A stretch of DNA of 56,052 nt, taken from positions 1,920-57,971 of the forward strand of contig DKYS01000031.1 in NCBI GenBank assembly GCA_002493395.1, read 5' to 3'. This DNA comes from Turicibacter sp. UBA7094 (GTDB taxonomy: Bacteria; Bacillota_I; Bacilli_A; MOL361; Turicibacteraceae). A program made the position numbers and the translations under genes. This document shows, one piece after another, positions 42,213 to 51,271 of the stretch. Positions within the stretch are counted from its first letter, which is position 1, and every line of letters starts with the position of its first letter. The notes beneath the pieces were generated by a model. It had not been told where the DNA came from and made no database searches. It saw only the letters and a list, made by a program, of their open reading frames with translations.

Positions 42213-42572
42213 ATGCCACGTGTAAAAGGTGGAGTTGTATCACGCAAACGTCGTAAACGCGTTTTAAAATTAGCAAAAGGTTATTTCGGATCTAAACATA
42301 CATTATACAAAACAGCAAATGAGCAAGTAATGAAATCATTACAATATGCTTACCGTGACCGTCGTCAGAAAAAACGTGATTTCCGTAAATTATGGATCAC
42401 TCGTATCAACGCAGCTGCTCGTATGAATGGTTTATCATACAGCAAATTAATGCACGGATTAAAATTAGCTGGAATCGAAGTTAACCGTAAAATGTTAGCA
42501 GATTTAGCTGTTTCTGATGCTGCTGCATTCGCAACTTTAGCAAATACTGCTAAAGAAGCTATGAATAAATAA
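42213..42572 (+). CDS. rplT: 50S ribosomal protein L20
   Basis: MPRVKGG...[21 protein letters not shown]. Confidence 0.98.
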   Translation: MPRVKGGVVSRKRRKRVLKLAKGYFGSKHTLYKTANEQVMKSLQYAYRDRRQKKRDFRKLWITRINAAARMNGLSYSKLMHGLKLAGIEVNRKMLADLAVSDAAAFATLANTAKEAMNK

Positions 42573-42602
42573 TTTTATTGTAAACTATTTTTTAATAATT
42601 AT

Positions 42603-42631
42603 AAGCACTCTTTTAAAGGGTGCTTTTTTTT
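42603..42631 (+). terminator. Terminator after rplT
   Basis: AAGCACTCTTT/AAAGGGTGCTT plus T-run. Confidence 0.8.
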
Positions 42632-42863
42632 GTTTTAGTAAAGGTTTTGCTTTTCAAAGGAGATAGGGTTTTAAGGGAGGTTAGGTGTCTTTTTGAAGAG
42701 GGGAAGTGATGAGAAATTGCTTACTGTTTCTCATCCAATCGTTGATAGAGAATGTATTTGTTTCTTTTTACCATAAAATGTTGAATCCTTTTAATGACTA
42801 ATTTTCATATTTTTAATTTTGAAGAATATAATGAACTGAAATATCAATTTAGGAGGGTCTAAC

Positions 42864-44231
42864 ATGAGTTATTCATTTAATTGGGATTGTACATTACCAA
42901 TCAACAACATAGCAGATATTGTATCTCTTAATATCGTGCCAAATACGAAGGCACACGATGAAGGGGATTATTTATCATTACGTGGAGAAGTAGCAATCGA
43001 TGGAGAGTATTTAACAACACAAGGAACACAAAAAACATTTACTGAGCACATTCCACTAGATATTACCTTACCTAATAACGGTAAAAATAATGAAATTAAT
43101 ACCGATATTACAAACTTTGATTATGATATCAACGATGAAAATAGTTTATCGTTATCTTTAAACTTAACGTTAGAAGGTTATGATTTAGGTGATGTGATGA
43201 AGTTAGTAGATGAGGATCATCATGAAGAGGACTCTCAAACGCAAGCACCGGTTATGTTTAATAAAGGGGCGACAATTGCACCAGCAACTGGAAATGTAGA
43301 GGCAGTCAAACAAGAGATTGTGGAATTAGAGCCAGTTGTTCAGGAAGTGAATGAAATTGAAGTGGTCGAAGATGATTCAGATTATATTGATTTTGATGAA
43401 GTTGTTTTCGATCATACGCCTGTACAAGAGGCGATTGATCCGTCATTAGCTGAAGATCGAAAAGAGGCGTTAACGGATAAAATTAAAAAAGTGATTGAAA
43501 AACAATCAACGAATATTAAGGAATCTAAGACGCCTGAAACAGTGGTTGAAAAGGTGGTTGAACCTGTTGTTGAAGAAGTAGTTGAAGAAGTAAAGGTAGA
43601 AGAAGTTGTAGAACCGGTAGTAGAAAAGGTCGTAGAGGAAGTAAAGGTAGAAAACGTAGAACCAGTGGTAGAAGAGGTTGTCGAAGAGGTTAAGGTAGAA
43701 AAAGTACATCACAAGCCTGTTCCAGAAATTCCAGTTGTGCATCAAAGTGTCATTGAGGAAGAGACGGAAGAGATTTTACCATTTCCAATTAAAAAGGAGA
43801 CGGTTGTCGAAAAAGTGTCAGAGACGCAACCAAAATCAGAGATTTTCGATATGCTTTATTCATTAGAGGGAGATCATCCAATTGTCAATGAATCGGTGGA
43901 AGAAGTTGTAGAAACAACAGTAGAGACTGAACCACAACAAACAGAAACAGGGTATGATGAAGCAGAATTAGTTGAAGTGGCAGAAAAAATTGAAGAGTTG
44001 ACACCAGCGGCGCCAGTTTCAGTTGTCAAAAATGAAGATTCAATTGCTAATCAGTTTTCAGATGGGGAAAGTGTTTTAAAAGTCATTTTTGTTCAAGAAG
44101 AAGAAACAACGATTACGAATATTTGCACGAAATATGGCGTTTCAGAAAAAGAAATTTACAATAAAGAGGAATTGGCTACGCCATTGCGCTGTGGAGATCG
44201 TGTGATGATTAATTATGGCAAATTACGATGA
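42864..44231 (+). CDS. spoVID: Spore coat morphogenetic protein SpoVID-like
   Basis: N-terminal ..HIPLDITLP..ITNFDY domain, acidic linker, degenerate C-terminal LysM, overlaps a ysxE homolog. Confidence 0.75.
   Translation: MSYSFNWDCTLPINNIADIVSLNIVPNTKAHDEGDYLSLRGEVAIDGEYLTTQGTQKTFTEHIPLDITLPNNGKNNEINTDITNFDYDINDENSLSLSLNLTLEGYDLGDVMKLVDEDHHEEDSQTQAPVMFNKGATIAPATGNVEAVKQEIVELEPVVQEVNEIEVVEDDSDYIDFDEVVFDHTPVQEAIDPSLAEDRKEALTDKIKKVIEKQSTNIKESKTPETVVEKVVEPVVEEVVEEVKVEEVVEPVVEKVVEEVKVENVEPVVEEVVEEVKVEKVHHKPVPEIPVVHQSVIEEETEEILPFPIKKETVVEKVSETQPKSEIFDMLYSLEGDHPIVNESVEEVVETTVETEPQQTETGYDEAELVEVAEKIEELTPAAPVSVVKNEDSIANQFSDGESVLKVIFVQEEETTITNICTKYGVSEKEIYNKEELATPLRCGDRVMINYGKLR
43541..43705 (+). 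repeat. Imperfect coding tandem repeats (VEPVVE[E/K]VVEEVKVE x3) in spoVID
   Basis: Visible in both protein and DNA. Confidence 0.85.
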
Positions 44232-45192
44232 ATTAAAAGCCTTTATTCAGAACCATTATGATTTAGTCGTTGAATCTATCACGCCGATTACTCAGAAGTC
44301 AATGAAAATTAGGGCGTCTAATCATGATTACCTCTTAAAGGTTGCGGGTGGGGATGATGAATTTATTATGAAGCAGCTGTTTGCGTATAAATCATTGTCT
44401 CACAACGTTTTACCTATTTATCGCACAAGGGATAATAAACATTGTGTCCCTTGGCGCGATCATTTTTTTTACCTAACAGATTACGTTCAGACCATCCCAC
44501 TTCCACTTGAGCAACAAATTCATTATTATATTGAATTACTTGGGCAATTACATTCTCAAACAGCCCTAGAAGTCGATGTGCGGGATGATGAGTTGCAACG
44601 TATTTATAATAAAGATTATAAAAGATTGCAAGATAGTTACGATGCCTTACAAAAAAATATGGAATCTTTTGAGTTAAGGCAAGATCGTTCACCGTTTGAG
44701 TGGTACTTTATGATGGTTTATCCAATGCTTTATACGATGTTGCATCATGCCCATGATGAATTAAAAAAATTTTACGATTTAATAAAAAAAGAAAAGAAAA
44801 TGCCGATTAGTCTGATTCATGGGGACGTGAATGTAGCTAATTTGTTAGTGACAGAAAAGTCATCCTATTTGATTAATTTTGAAAAAAGTATGTTTTCTAT
44901 TTCATCAGTGGACATGTGTTATTTTTTAGAAAACTATCATCAAGTTCCAGGGTTGAATTCGATTATGTTAGATTATGTGAAGAATCAGAAGGTTCCAGCA
45001 CTTCGGCATTATTTCTTTTTTCGATCGCTTTGTATTGATTTAGAGGAGTTAAATCAAAATCTTCAAACGCATTCTTTGACCAATATTGCTTTATTAAATG
45101 AGTGCATTGCTCCTCATTTAATGGCTTTACAAGTTTATGATCAATTTAATAGTCCACCTTCAAGTGCTACAAAAGAATCTAAACCATCATAG
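44215..45192 (+). CDS. ysxE: Spore coat protein YsxE-like (kinase-like fold)
   Basis: LIHGD...NL...LINFE; follows spoVID as in Bacillus. Confidence 0.72.
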   Translation: MANYDELKAFIQNHYDLVVESITPITQKSMKIRASNHDYLLKVAGGDDEFIMKQLFAYKSLSHNVLPIYRTRDNKHCVPWRDHFFYLTDYVQTIPLPLEQQIHYYIELLGQLHSQTALEVDVRDDELQRIYNKDYKRLQDSYDALQKNMESFELRQDRSPFEWYFMMVYPMLYTMLHHAHDELKKFYDLIKKEKKMPISLIHGDVNVANLLVTEKSSYLINFEKSMFSISSVDMCYFLENYHQVPGLNSIMLDYVKNQKVPALRHYFFFRSLCIDLEELNQNLQTHSLTNIALLNECIAPHLMALQVYDQFNSPPSSATKESKPS

Positions 45193-45386
45193 CCTTGTGA
45201 ACTGAGTGGAGAAGGTTGAAGTAATTGGGAGACAATTTTTATTCCAATTACTTTTTTTATGAGGTGCGGTTTACTTTAGGGAGGTTAATCAATAGAATGG
45301 AGCAAAAAGAAAGACAATTGTTTGTTAGCGTGAAACAATTGTCTTTTAAATAAAGTAATGCGTTAAAAGAGGTTTTATCAGTTGAT

Positions 45387-45563
45387 CTAGCAAATCCACC
45401 ATAATAATCCGAGCATCCCTCCAAGAATCATAAGCATGACAAAGTCAAACTGGGAAAATGAAAAAATGATTAAATATAATTGATAAAAAAATAAAACAGA
45501 AATGATTGAGCGAAGAGATTGTAGATAGGCCCTAAATCCACCACTTCCCCGATAACGTCCCAT
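45387..45563 (-). CDS. 58-aa membrane protein, YszA-like (not in ORF track)
   Basis: Manual translation MGRYRGSGGFRAYLQSLRSIISVLFFYQLYLIIFSFSQFDFVMLMILGGMLGLLWWIC; AGGGGGTG RBS; CATAAACT sporulation-type -10 upstream; lies between ysxE and valS. Confidence 0.7.
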   Translation of the reverse strand: MGRYRGSGGFRAYLQSLRSIISVLFFYQLYLIIFSFSQFDFVMLMILGGMLGLLWWIC

Positions 45564-45687
45564 ATTTTCACCCCCTATACTATAGTTTATGCACTTAGAA
45601 AAAGGAGTAGTTGTTTGTTTTTTGAAAAGGTAAAATTATTTTTATTAGGAAACGAAAAAGAGAATCAATAAATTTTTTGACTAACCC

Positions 45688-45716
45688 TTGAATAAAGGGG
45701 CATATTATAGTAGAAT
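45688..45716 (+). promoter_or_regulatory. SigA promoter of the valS leader
   Basis: TTGAAT-17 nt-TAGAAT. Confidence 0.7.
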
Positions 45717-45740
45717 ATCAGTGTATATCGTGTGATAGTA

Positions 45741-45979
45741 AAAACGATGATCAGGAGGAGTAAAAGATTCCTTCACATTTTAGAGAGAGGTTCGTTTGCT
45801 GAAAGAATCTTATGTGATGTCTTTGAAAGTAGCCTGTGAGTTGAGTTTCTGAAATAAAAGTAGGAAATTCCGTTTGCTGCGTTAAAGTTTGAAGAGGTAG
45901 GTTTTTTGAACCTGCAATCAAGGTGGTACCGCGGAATTGTAGCATTTCGTCCTTATTTATGGGGCGGAGTGCTTTTTTT
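45741..45979 (+). promoter_or_regulatory. T-box riboswitch (Val)
   Basis: AGTA/GAA loop-E, AGAGAG and GCTGAAAG motifs, GTA specifier at 45829-45831, T-box AATCAAGGTGGTACCGCG at 45916-45933, terminator AGCATTTCGTCCT/GGGGCGGAGTGCT plus T-run. Confidence 0.93.
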
Positions 45980-46450
45980 ATGGTCTTGATCATAAGAAGG
46001 GAGATGTCCCTGAGTTGCTACAACGTCAGGATAAAATTTCTAATGACCCTTCATTAAAGGCATGATGGCATTCAATCATTAACGTTTGAGGAGAAGAAAT
46101 CGATAAAGGAAATCTTTTGGCGGTTTCTTTAAGGACGATGAAGAAAGGCTTTATCGTAATTGCTTTTGCCTTGAGTTATAGAAATTTTGTCATTTAATTA
46201 AAGGTTAATTTCAGTAAATGAGGATAAATTTGTTTGATTTAAAAGGAGGTTGCTCTTTTCTTTCGGGATACTTCCTTAAATGAGAGACGATTTTATATCA
46301 ACGGATGGCTATTTTAATTGTCATGACCGAAGACAGCAACCATAGGAACAAAGGTTTAGGTAAAGCTTGTTGAGTCATCAGGCATTTTAATTAAAAGCAG
46401 GAATCTGAAATGAAAGAGTCACAAAAAGAGGCATCGTTAAATAGAGAAAA

Positions 46451-47265
46451 TTATAAGTCCAAAATCCAGGTGGTCGTTATAAAAAATTCTATTTAACGCG
46501 TTGGAAACACACTGACCTGAGTAGGTCAGGATTAATGGAACGATAATCGTGAGATTTAAAGGTAAAGCTCCGCTGCTAAAATACGAAGTGAGGGGCTATG
46601 GTCCAGGTGGTTTTCATCACTTTTGATGGTAAATCTGTATCGATAAGAGAATTTATTTTTAACGAAGAAGTTAGGAAGTAATTTTTAACCAAATGTTTAT
46701 AAATCCAAAATCCAGGTGGTTTTATAACGGGGCTATATGGCACCGAATGGTCGAATCGAAAGGTACTTCCTTAGAAGTAAGTCAGGTTTTATTCGTAAAA
46801 GAAATTTATAAATCCAAAATCCAGGTGGTTCTTATAAATCTTTCATTAATAAATCCCCTTACTAAACGAGGAGAAATCGATGGAAATTCACTTCAAATAG
46901 AGATTTTTTTCAACATCCAGGTGGCCTAAATAAAATCTCGTAGATCTTTTTTGTCTATAAAAACTGAGTATTATCGTGATTTTCATTATCAAATCCCTTT
47001 GTAAAGGTAAATTGGATTCATGCGTGAGCACCCCTTTGACGGTCAACACGGGTATTGTGTCATAGAGAAATTGTTTTCAACGACTGAATTTTTAGGAAAC
47101 TTTTTTTAAAGAGTTGCTTGATATTGAGAGAAATGAGACGATGGTTGAGAAGTAGACGTGTTCATGATTGAAGGTGACCTTTTCGTTGAAAATAAAGATT
47201 AACTTTCAAGAAATGGGGAATATCTTTTCATTTATAAGTCCAAAATCCAGGTGGAGCGTATAAAC
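46451..47265 (+). repeat. Dispersed direct-repeat hairpin array, consensus TTATAARTCCAAAATCCAGGTGGTNNTTATAA
   Basis: TCCAGGTGG cores start at 46465, 46602, 46711, 46820, 46916 and 47246; four copies carry the full TTATAARTCCAAAATCCAGGTGG. Confidence 0.9.
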
Positions 47266-47532
47266 GACCGAATATAAACAGTAAAGTCCTTATCAATAGT
47301 CAAATAATTTAACCTTCTCATTATGGAATGAATCCTTTGAAAATGACGAGGTGAATCTTAGGTATCACCGGTTATAAAAGTTAAGTTAAAGGCGCTAGTA
47401 TAAGCAAAGAAGGCTAATTTTCACATGATTTAAGTCTCTTATTTGAGTTAACAGCTATTTTTAAGCCGAAGAAATGTTTCGTTCATTGAAGATGAAGAAG
47501 TTAACAATGGCATGTCATCCATTTAATGATCA

Positions 47533-47725
47533 TCACATGTTCACCCCATGTGAGAATCGATTATTCTTCCCGTTTTAGGAATCTATTGACAATCAAATCA
47601 CATTCATTTGATGGAAAAGCACGTTCACCTCGTGCGAAATGAGATTATTCCAACCTAATCGGGAATTTATATTTAATAAAAACCATTCATTCTTCCGGTC
47701 TTTTTTTAAGACGGGACGATTATTC
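47533..47725 (+). repeat. Diverged ~84-nt tandem duplication with TTCACCY-loop hairpin and GATTATTC motif
   Basis: TCACATG-TTCACCC-CATGTGA (47533) and GCACG-TTCACCT-CGTGC (47619); GATTATTC at 47559, 47643 and 47718. Confidence 0.75.
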
Positions 47726-47899
47726 CAATCTGCTAATTGTTAAATTCAATATTTTTAGTTATCGGGAGTTTTCTTCGTCTTGAAGATAGAAGTAAACAAA
47801 TCTAAGGGTCTTATAAAAGTGGGAATAGCCTGCTTTGTTTTTATGGCCCTTTTACTTTATGTTTCGTTTTAAATGATAATAGGACAAGGAGGACCAAAA

Positions 47900-50536
47900 A
47901 TGACGAAAAACTTAGCACCTAAGTATAATCATTTAGAGGTAGAAAACGGGAAGTATTCTTTTTGGTACGAGCAAGATTGTTTTAAAGCTCAGCCTCAATC
48001 GAATAAGCCAAAGTATACCATTGTTATTCCACCACCGAATGTAACAGGTAAATTACATTTAGGCCATGCATGGGATACTTCATTACAAGATATTATTATT
48101 CGTATGAAACGTATGCAAGGATATGATGCATTATGGTTACCAGGAATGGACCATGCCGGTATTGCGACTCAAGCCAAAGTTGATGCTCGCTTAAAGGAGC
48201 AAGGCGTTTCACGTTATGATATTGGTCGTGAAGCATTTTTAGAGAAGGCTTGGGAATGGAAAGAAGAGTATGCAGGATTTATCCGCCAACAGTGGGAGAA
48301 AATGGGGCTGTCTTTAGATTATTCACGTGAACGTTTTACGTTAGACAAAGGATTATCAAAAGCTGTTCGTAAAGTTTTCGTTCAATTATATGAAAAAGGT
48401 TTAATTTATCGTGGTGAGCGCATTATTAACTGGGACCCAGCTGCGCGTACTGCTTTATCAGATATTGAAGTGATTCATAAAGAAATTGAAGGGGCTTTCT
48501 ACCATTTCAAATACATGATTGAAGGAACAAATGAGTTCTTAGAAGTTGCAACGACTCGTCCTGAAACAATGTTTGGGGATGTGGCGGTTGCGGTTCACCC
48601 TGAAGATGATCGTTATAAGCATTTACTCGGGAAAAATGTGTTAATCCCAGGAAATAATAAGGCAATTCCAGTAATTGCGGATGAGTATGTTGAAATGGAT
48701 TTTGGAACAGGTGCAGTTAAAATTACACCAGCCCATGATCCAAACGACTTCGAGGTTGGAAATCGTCATCAGTTAGCGCGTCCAATCTGTATGAATTTAG
48801 ACGGAACGATGAATGAGCTAGCCGGAAAATATAACGGGATGGATCGTTTTGAGGCTCGCCGTCAATTAGTGGCTGATTTAGAAGAAGCAGGATTAGTTGT
48901 CAAAATTGAAAAACATGTTCATTCAGTTGGACATTCAGAGCGTACAGATGTTGTCGTAGAGCCTTACTTATCAACGCAATGGTTTGTTAAGATGGAAGAA
49001 TTAGCGGCACGCTCAGTAGCTAACCAATCAACAGATAATAAAGTAAACTTCGTTCCAGAACGTTTTGAAAATACATTCTTACGTTGGATGGAAAACATTC
49101 ACGATTGGTGTATTTCTCGCCAATTATGGTGGGGACATCAAATTCCGGCTTGGTATCATAAAGAAACAGGCGAAATGTATGTTGGTGAAGAAGCACCAGC
49201 TGACGCACAAAACTGGAATCAAGATGAAGACGTACTTGATACATGGTTCTCATCTGCTTTATGGCCATTTACAACACTTGGTTGGCCAGATGTTGAGTGC
49301 GAAGATTTCAAAGCGTATTTCCCAACAGATACACTAGTTACAGGATACGACATTATCTTCTTCTGGGTATCACGTATGATTTTCCAAAGTTTAGAGTTTA
49401 CGGATGAGCGTCCATTTAAGCACGTTTTAATTCACGGATTAGTTCGTGATGCTGAGGGACGTAAAATGAGTAAATCATTAGGTAATGGTGTCGATCCAAT
49501 GGACGTTATCGAAAAATATGGAGCAGATAGCTTACGTTATTTCTTAACAACAAACTCTGCTCCAGGTCAAGATTTACGTTATATCGAAGAAAAAGTCGAG
49601 TCAACATGGAACTTCATCAACAAAATCTGGAATGCTTCTCGCTTCGTTATCATGAACTTAGATGGAATGACATGCGAAGATGTTAACTTAGAACAAGCAA
49701 CATTAAATGTCGCAGACCAATGGATTTTAGGTCGTTTAAATGAAACGATTGAAGCGATCAACTACAATGCGGATAAGTTTGAATTTGGTGAAGTAGGACG
49801 CCATTTATATAACTTTATTTGGGAAGATTTCTGTAACTGGTACATTGAAATGGCGAAATTACCATTACAAGGTGAAGATGAACAAGCAAAACGTTCAACA
49901 CGTATGGTATTAACTTACGTTCTTGAATCAATTGTGAAATTATTACACCCATTTATGCCATTCGTGACAGAAGAAATCTATCAAATGATTACACGTGAAA
50001 ATACGGCATGTGCGGTAGCTCCTTGGCCAGTAGTTAAACCAGAATATAACAATGAAAAAGCAATCCAAGATTTCACAACTTTAATGGAAATCATCCGTTC
50101 AGTTCGTAATATTCGTGCAGAAGTCGAGGCACCGATGAGCAAACAAATCCGTATCTTTATTAATGCGAAGTCACAGGAAGTATTAGAAAATTTAAGTCAA
50201 AATCAAGCTTACTTAAAACGTTTCTGTAACCCAAGTGAATTAGTTATTGAAAAAGATTTAATCGTAGAAGAAGAAACGATGACCGCTGTTATTACAGGGG
50301 CTGATATCTTCTTACCAACGGAAGGATTAATTGATGTAAGTGCTGAAATTGAACGTTTAAATCATGAACTTAAAAAGTTAGCAGCAGAAGTTAAACGTGG
50401 AGAATCAAAACTGGCGAATGAAAAATTCGTTGCGAAAGCACCGGCACATTTAGTAGCTGAAGAGCGTAACAAATTAGCCGATTATAAAGAAAAATATGCA
50501 ACAGTTGAAGCTCGTTTATTACAACTTCAAAAATAA
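47900..50536 (+). CDS. valS: Valine--tRNA ligase
   Basis: [13 protein letters not shown] (HIGH-like), KMSKS, C-terminal coiled coil; AGGAGG before ATG 47900. Confidence 0.98.
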   Translation: MTKNLAPKYNHLEVENGKYSFWYEQDCFKAQPQSNKPKYTIVIPPPNVTGKLHLGHAWDTSLQDIIIRMKRMQGYDALWLPGMDHAGIATQAKVDARLKEQGVSRYDIGREAFLEKAWEWKEEYAGFIRQQWEKMGLSLDYSRERFTLDKGLSKAVRKVFVQLYEKGLIYRGERIINWDPAARTALSDIEVIHKEIEGAFYHFKYMIEGTNEFLEVATTRPETMFGDVAVAVHPEDDRYKHLLGKNVLIPGNNKAIPVIADEYVEMDFGTGAVKITPAHDPNDFEVGNRHQLARPICMNLDGTMNELAGKYNGMDRFEARRQLVADLEEAGLVVKIEKHVHSVGHSERTDVVVEPYLSTQWFVKMEELAARSVANQSTDNKVNFVPERFENTFLRWMENIHDWCISRQLWWGHQIPAWYHKETGEMYVGEEAPADAQNWNQDEDVLDTWFSSALWPFTTLGWPDVECEDFKAYFPTDTLVTGYDIIFFWVSRMIFQSLEFTDERPFKHVLIHGLVRDAEGRKMSKSLGNGVDPMDVIEKYGADSLRYFLTTNSAPGQDLRYIEEKVESTWNFINKIWNASRFVIMNLDGMTCEDVNLEQATLNVADQWILGRLNETIEAINYNADKFEFGEVGRHLYNFIWEDFCNWYIEMAKLPLQGEDEQAKRSTRMVLTYVLESIVKLLHPFMPFVTEEIYQMITRENTACAVAPWPVVKPEYNNEKAIQDFTTLMEIIRSVRNIRAEVEAPMSKQIRIFINAKSQEVLENLSQNQAYLKRFCNPSELVIEKDLIVEEETMTAVITGADIFLPTEGLIDVSAEIERLNHELKKLAAEVKRGESKLANEKFVAKAPAHLVAEERNKLADYKEKYATVEARLLQLQK

Positions 50537-50537
50537 G

Positions 50538-50573
50538 AAAAAAGCTTTTGGTCGTTGGCCAAAAGCTTTTTTG
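50538..50573 (+). terminator. Terminator after valS
   Basis: AAAAAAGCTTTTGGTC/GGCCAAAAGCTTTTTT. Confidence 0.85.
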
Positions 50574-50767
50574 TATGAATCAAGTAGAAAGATTGGGAAG
50601 CTCTTTAAAAAATTTAAGTTAGTTGATAAAATGAAAGATAGATTGTATTTTATTCGGAAAGAGTCTTGATTGACTAGTGAGGGATGCATCTTAGGCGGAA
50701 GATTCCAAAGGGTGTTCGATAGAGGATGTGTTAGAATCAATGTTTAAATTCATAAGGATGTGAGGGT

Positions 50768-51250
50768 ATGGGAAAGAAACGAAAAAAATATCGATTAAAT
50801 GCTAGGTTTTATTGTTTAATGTTAAGCCTATTCATTATCATTGCGCTTGTTATTAATGTGGGGGCAACGCTTCGTTTGGATACGATTCCAAATTTTCATG
50901 GATGGTCAACGAACAAGGTCATGCAATATGAGAAAGAGCATGAAAATATTTTAATGATTTATGAATTAGAGTATTCGTACGATGTATTACAAAACTGTGT
51001 GATCGAACAGTCGATTAAACCCCGCACCGCAATTAGTAATGATCCACTCATTTTAACGCTTAAAGTGTCAAAGGGTCGTCCAATCATGGAGGATTTTACC
51101 GGAAAAAGTCTAGAGGAAATTGAGGCGTTTGCCGATACTTATGCATTGAACCTTAAGGTTAAAGGAGAGGAAGGAGCAATTGCGTCGCAGACGATTCAGG
51201 CGGGAGAAGTTTTATCAAAGGGAATGACAGTAACGGTTACCTTAAAATAG
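50768..51250 (+). CDS. PASTA-domain membrane-anchored protein
   Basis: Basic N-terminus plus TM; IPNFHG...VIEQS..P...VSKG and MEDFTG...SQTI..G repeats. Confidence 0.7.
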   Translation: MGKKRKKYRLNARFYCLMLSLFIIIALVINVGATLRLDTIPNFHGWSTNKVMQYEKEHENILMIYELEYSYDVLQNCVIEQSIKPRTAISNDPLILTLKVSKGRPIMEDFTGKSLEEIEAFADTYALNLKVKGEEGAIASQTIQAGEVLSKGMTVTVTLK

Positions 51251-51271
51251 AGATTGAATGGAGTGATTTTG

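Noticed and set aside
46465-46473. CCAGGTGG as a Chi-like site
   Set aside because: I saw it only in this cluster and embedded in a longer hairpin consensus; Chi sites are dispersed, including within genes
46868-46900. Mini-ORF MEIHFK with GAGGAG upstream
   Set aside because: Only six codons, no Val codons, could arise by chance; no support without ribosome profiling
46693-46929. 78-aa ORF crossing three repeats
   Set aside because: No RBS and no recognisable motif; the repeats fall in different reading frames, so they are not coding repeats
46451-47265. CRISPR array interpretation of the TCCAGGTGG repeats
   Set aside because: Repeats are degenerate at their edges, spacers are ~65-300 nt and unequal, and no cas genes are in the window
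47851-47880. Internal valS promoter (TTTACT...GATAAT)
   Set aside because: Weak match, and the start site would fall on the RBS; cannot be supported from sequence alone
45980-47899. Group I or group II intron in the valS leader
   Set aside because: I could not find a group II domain V or group I R/S core elements; ATAAGTCC only loosely resembles the S element. A covariance-model search is needed to exclude it fully
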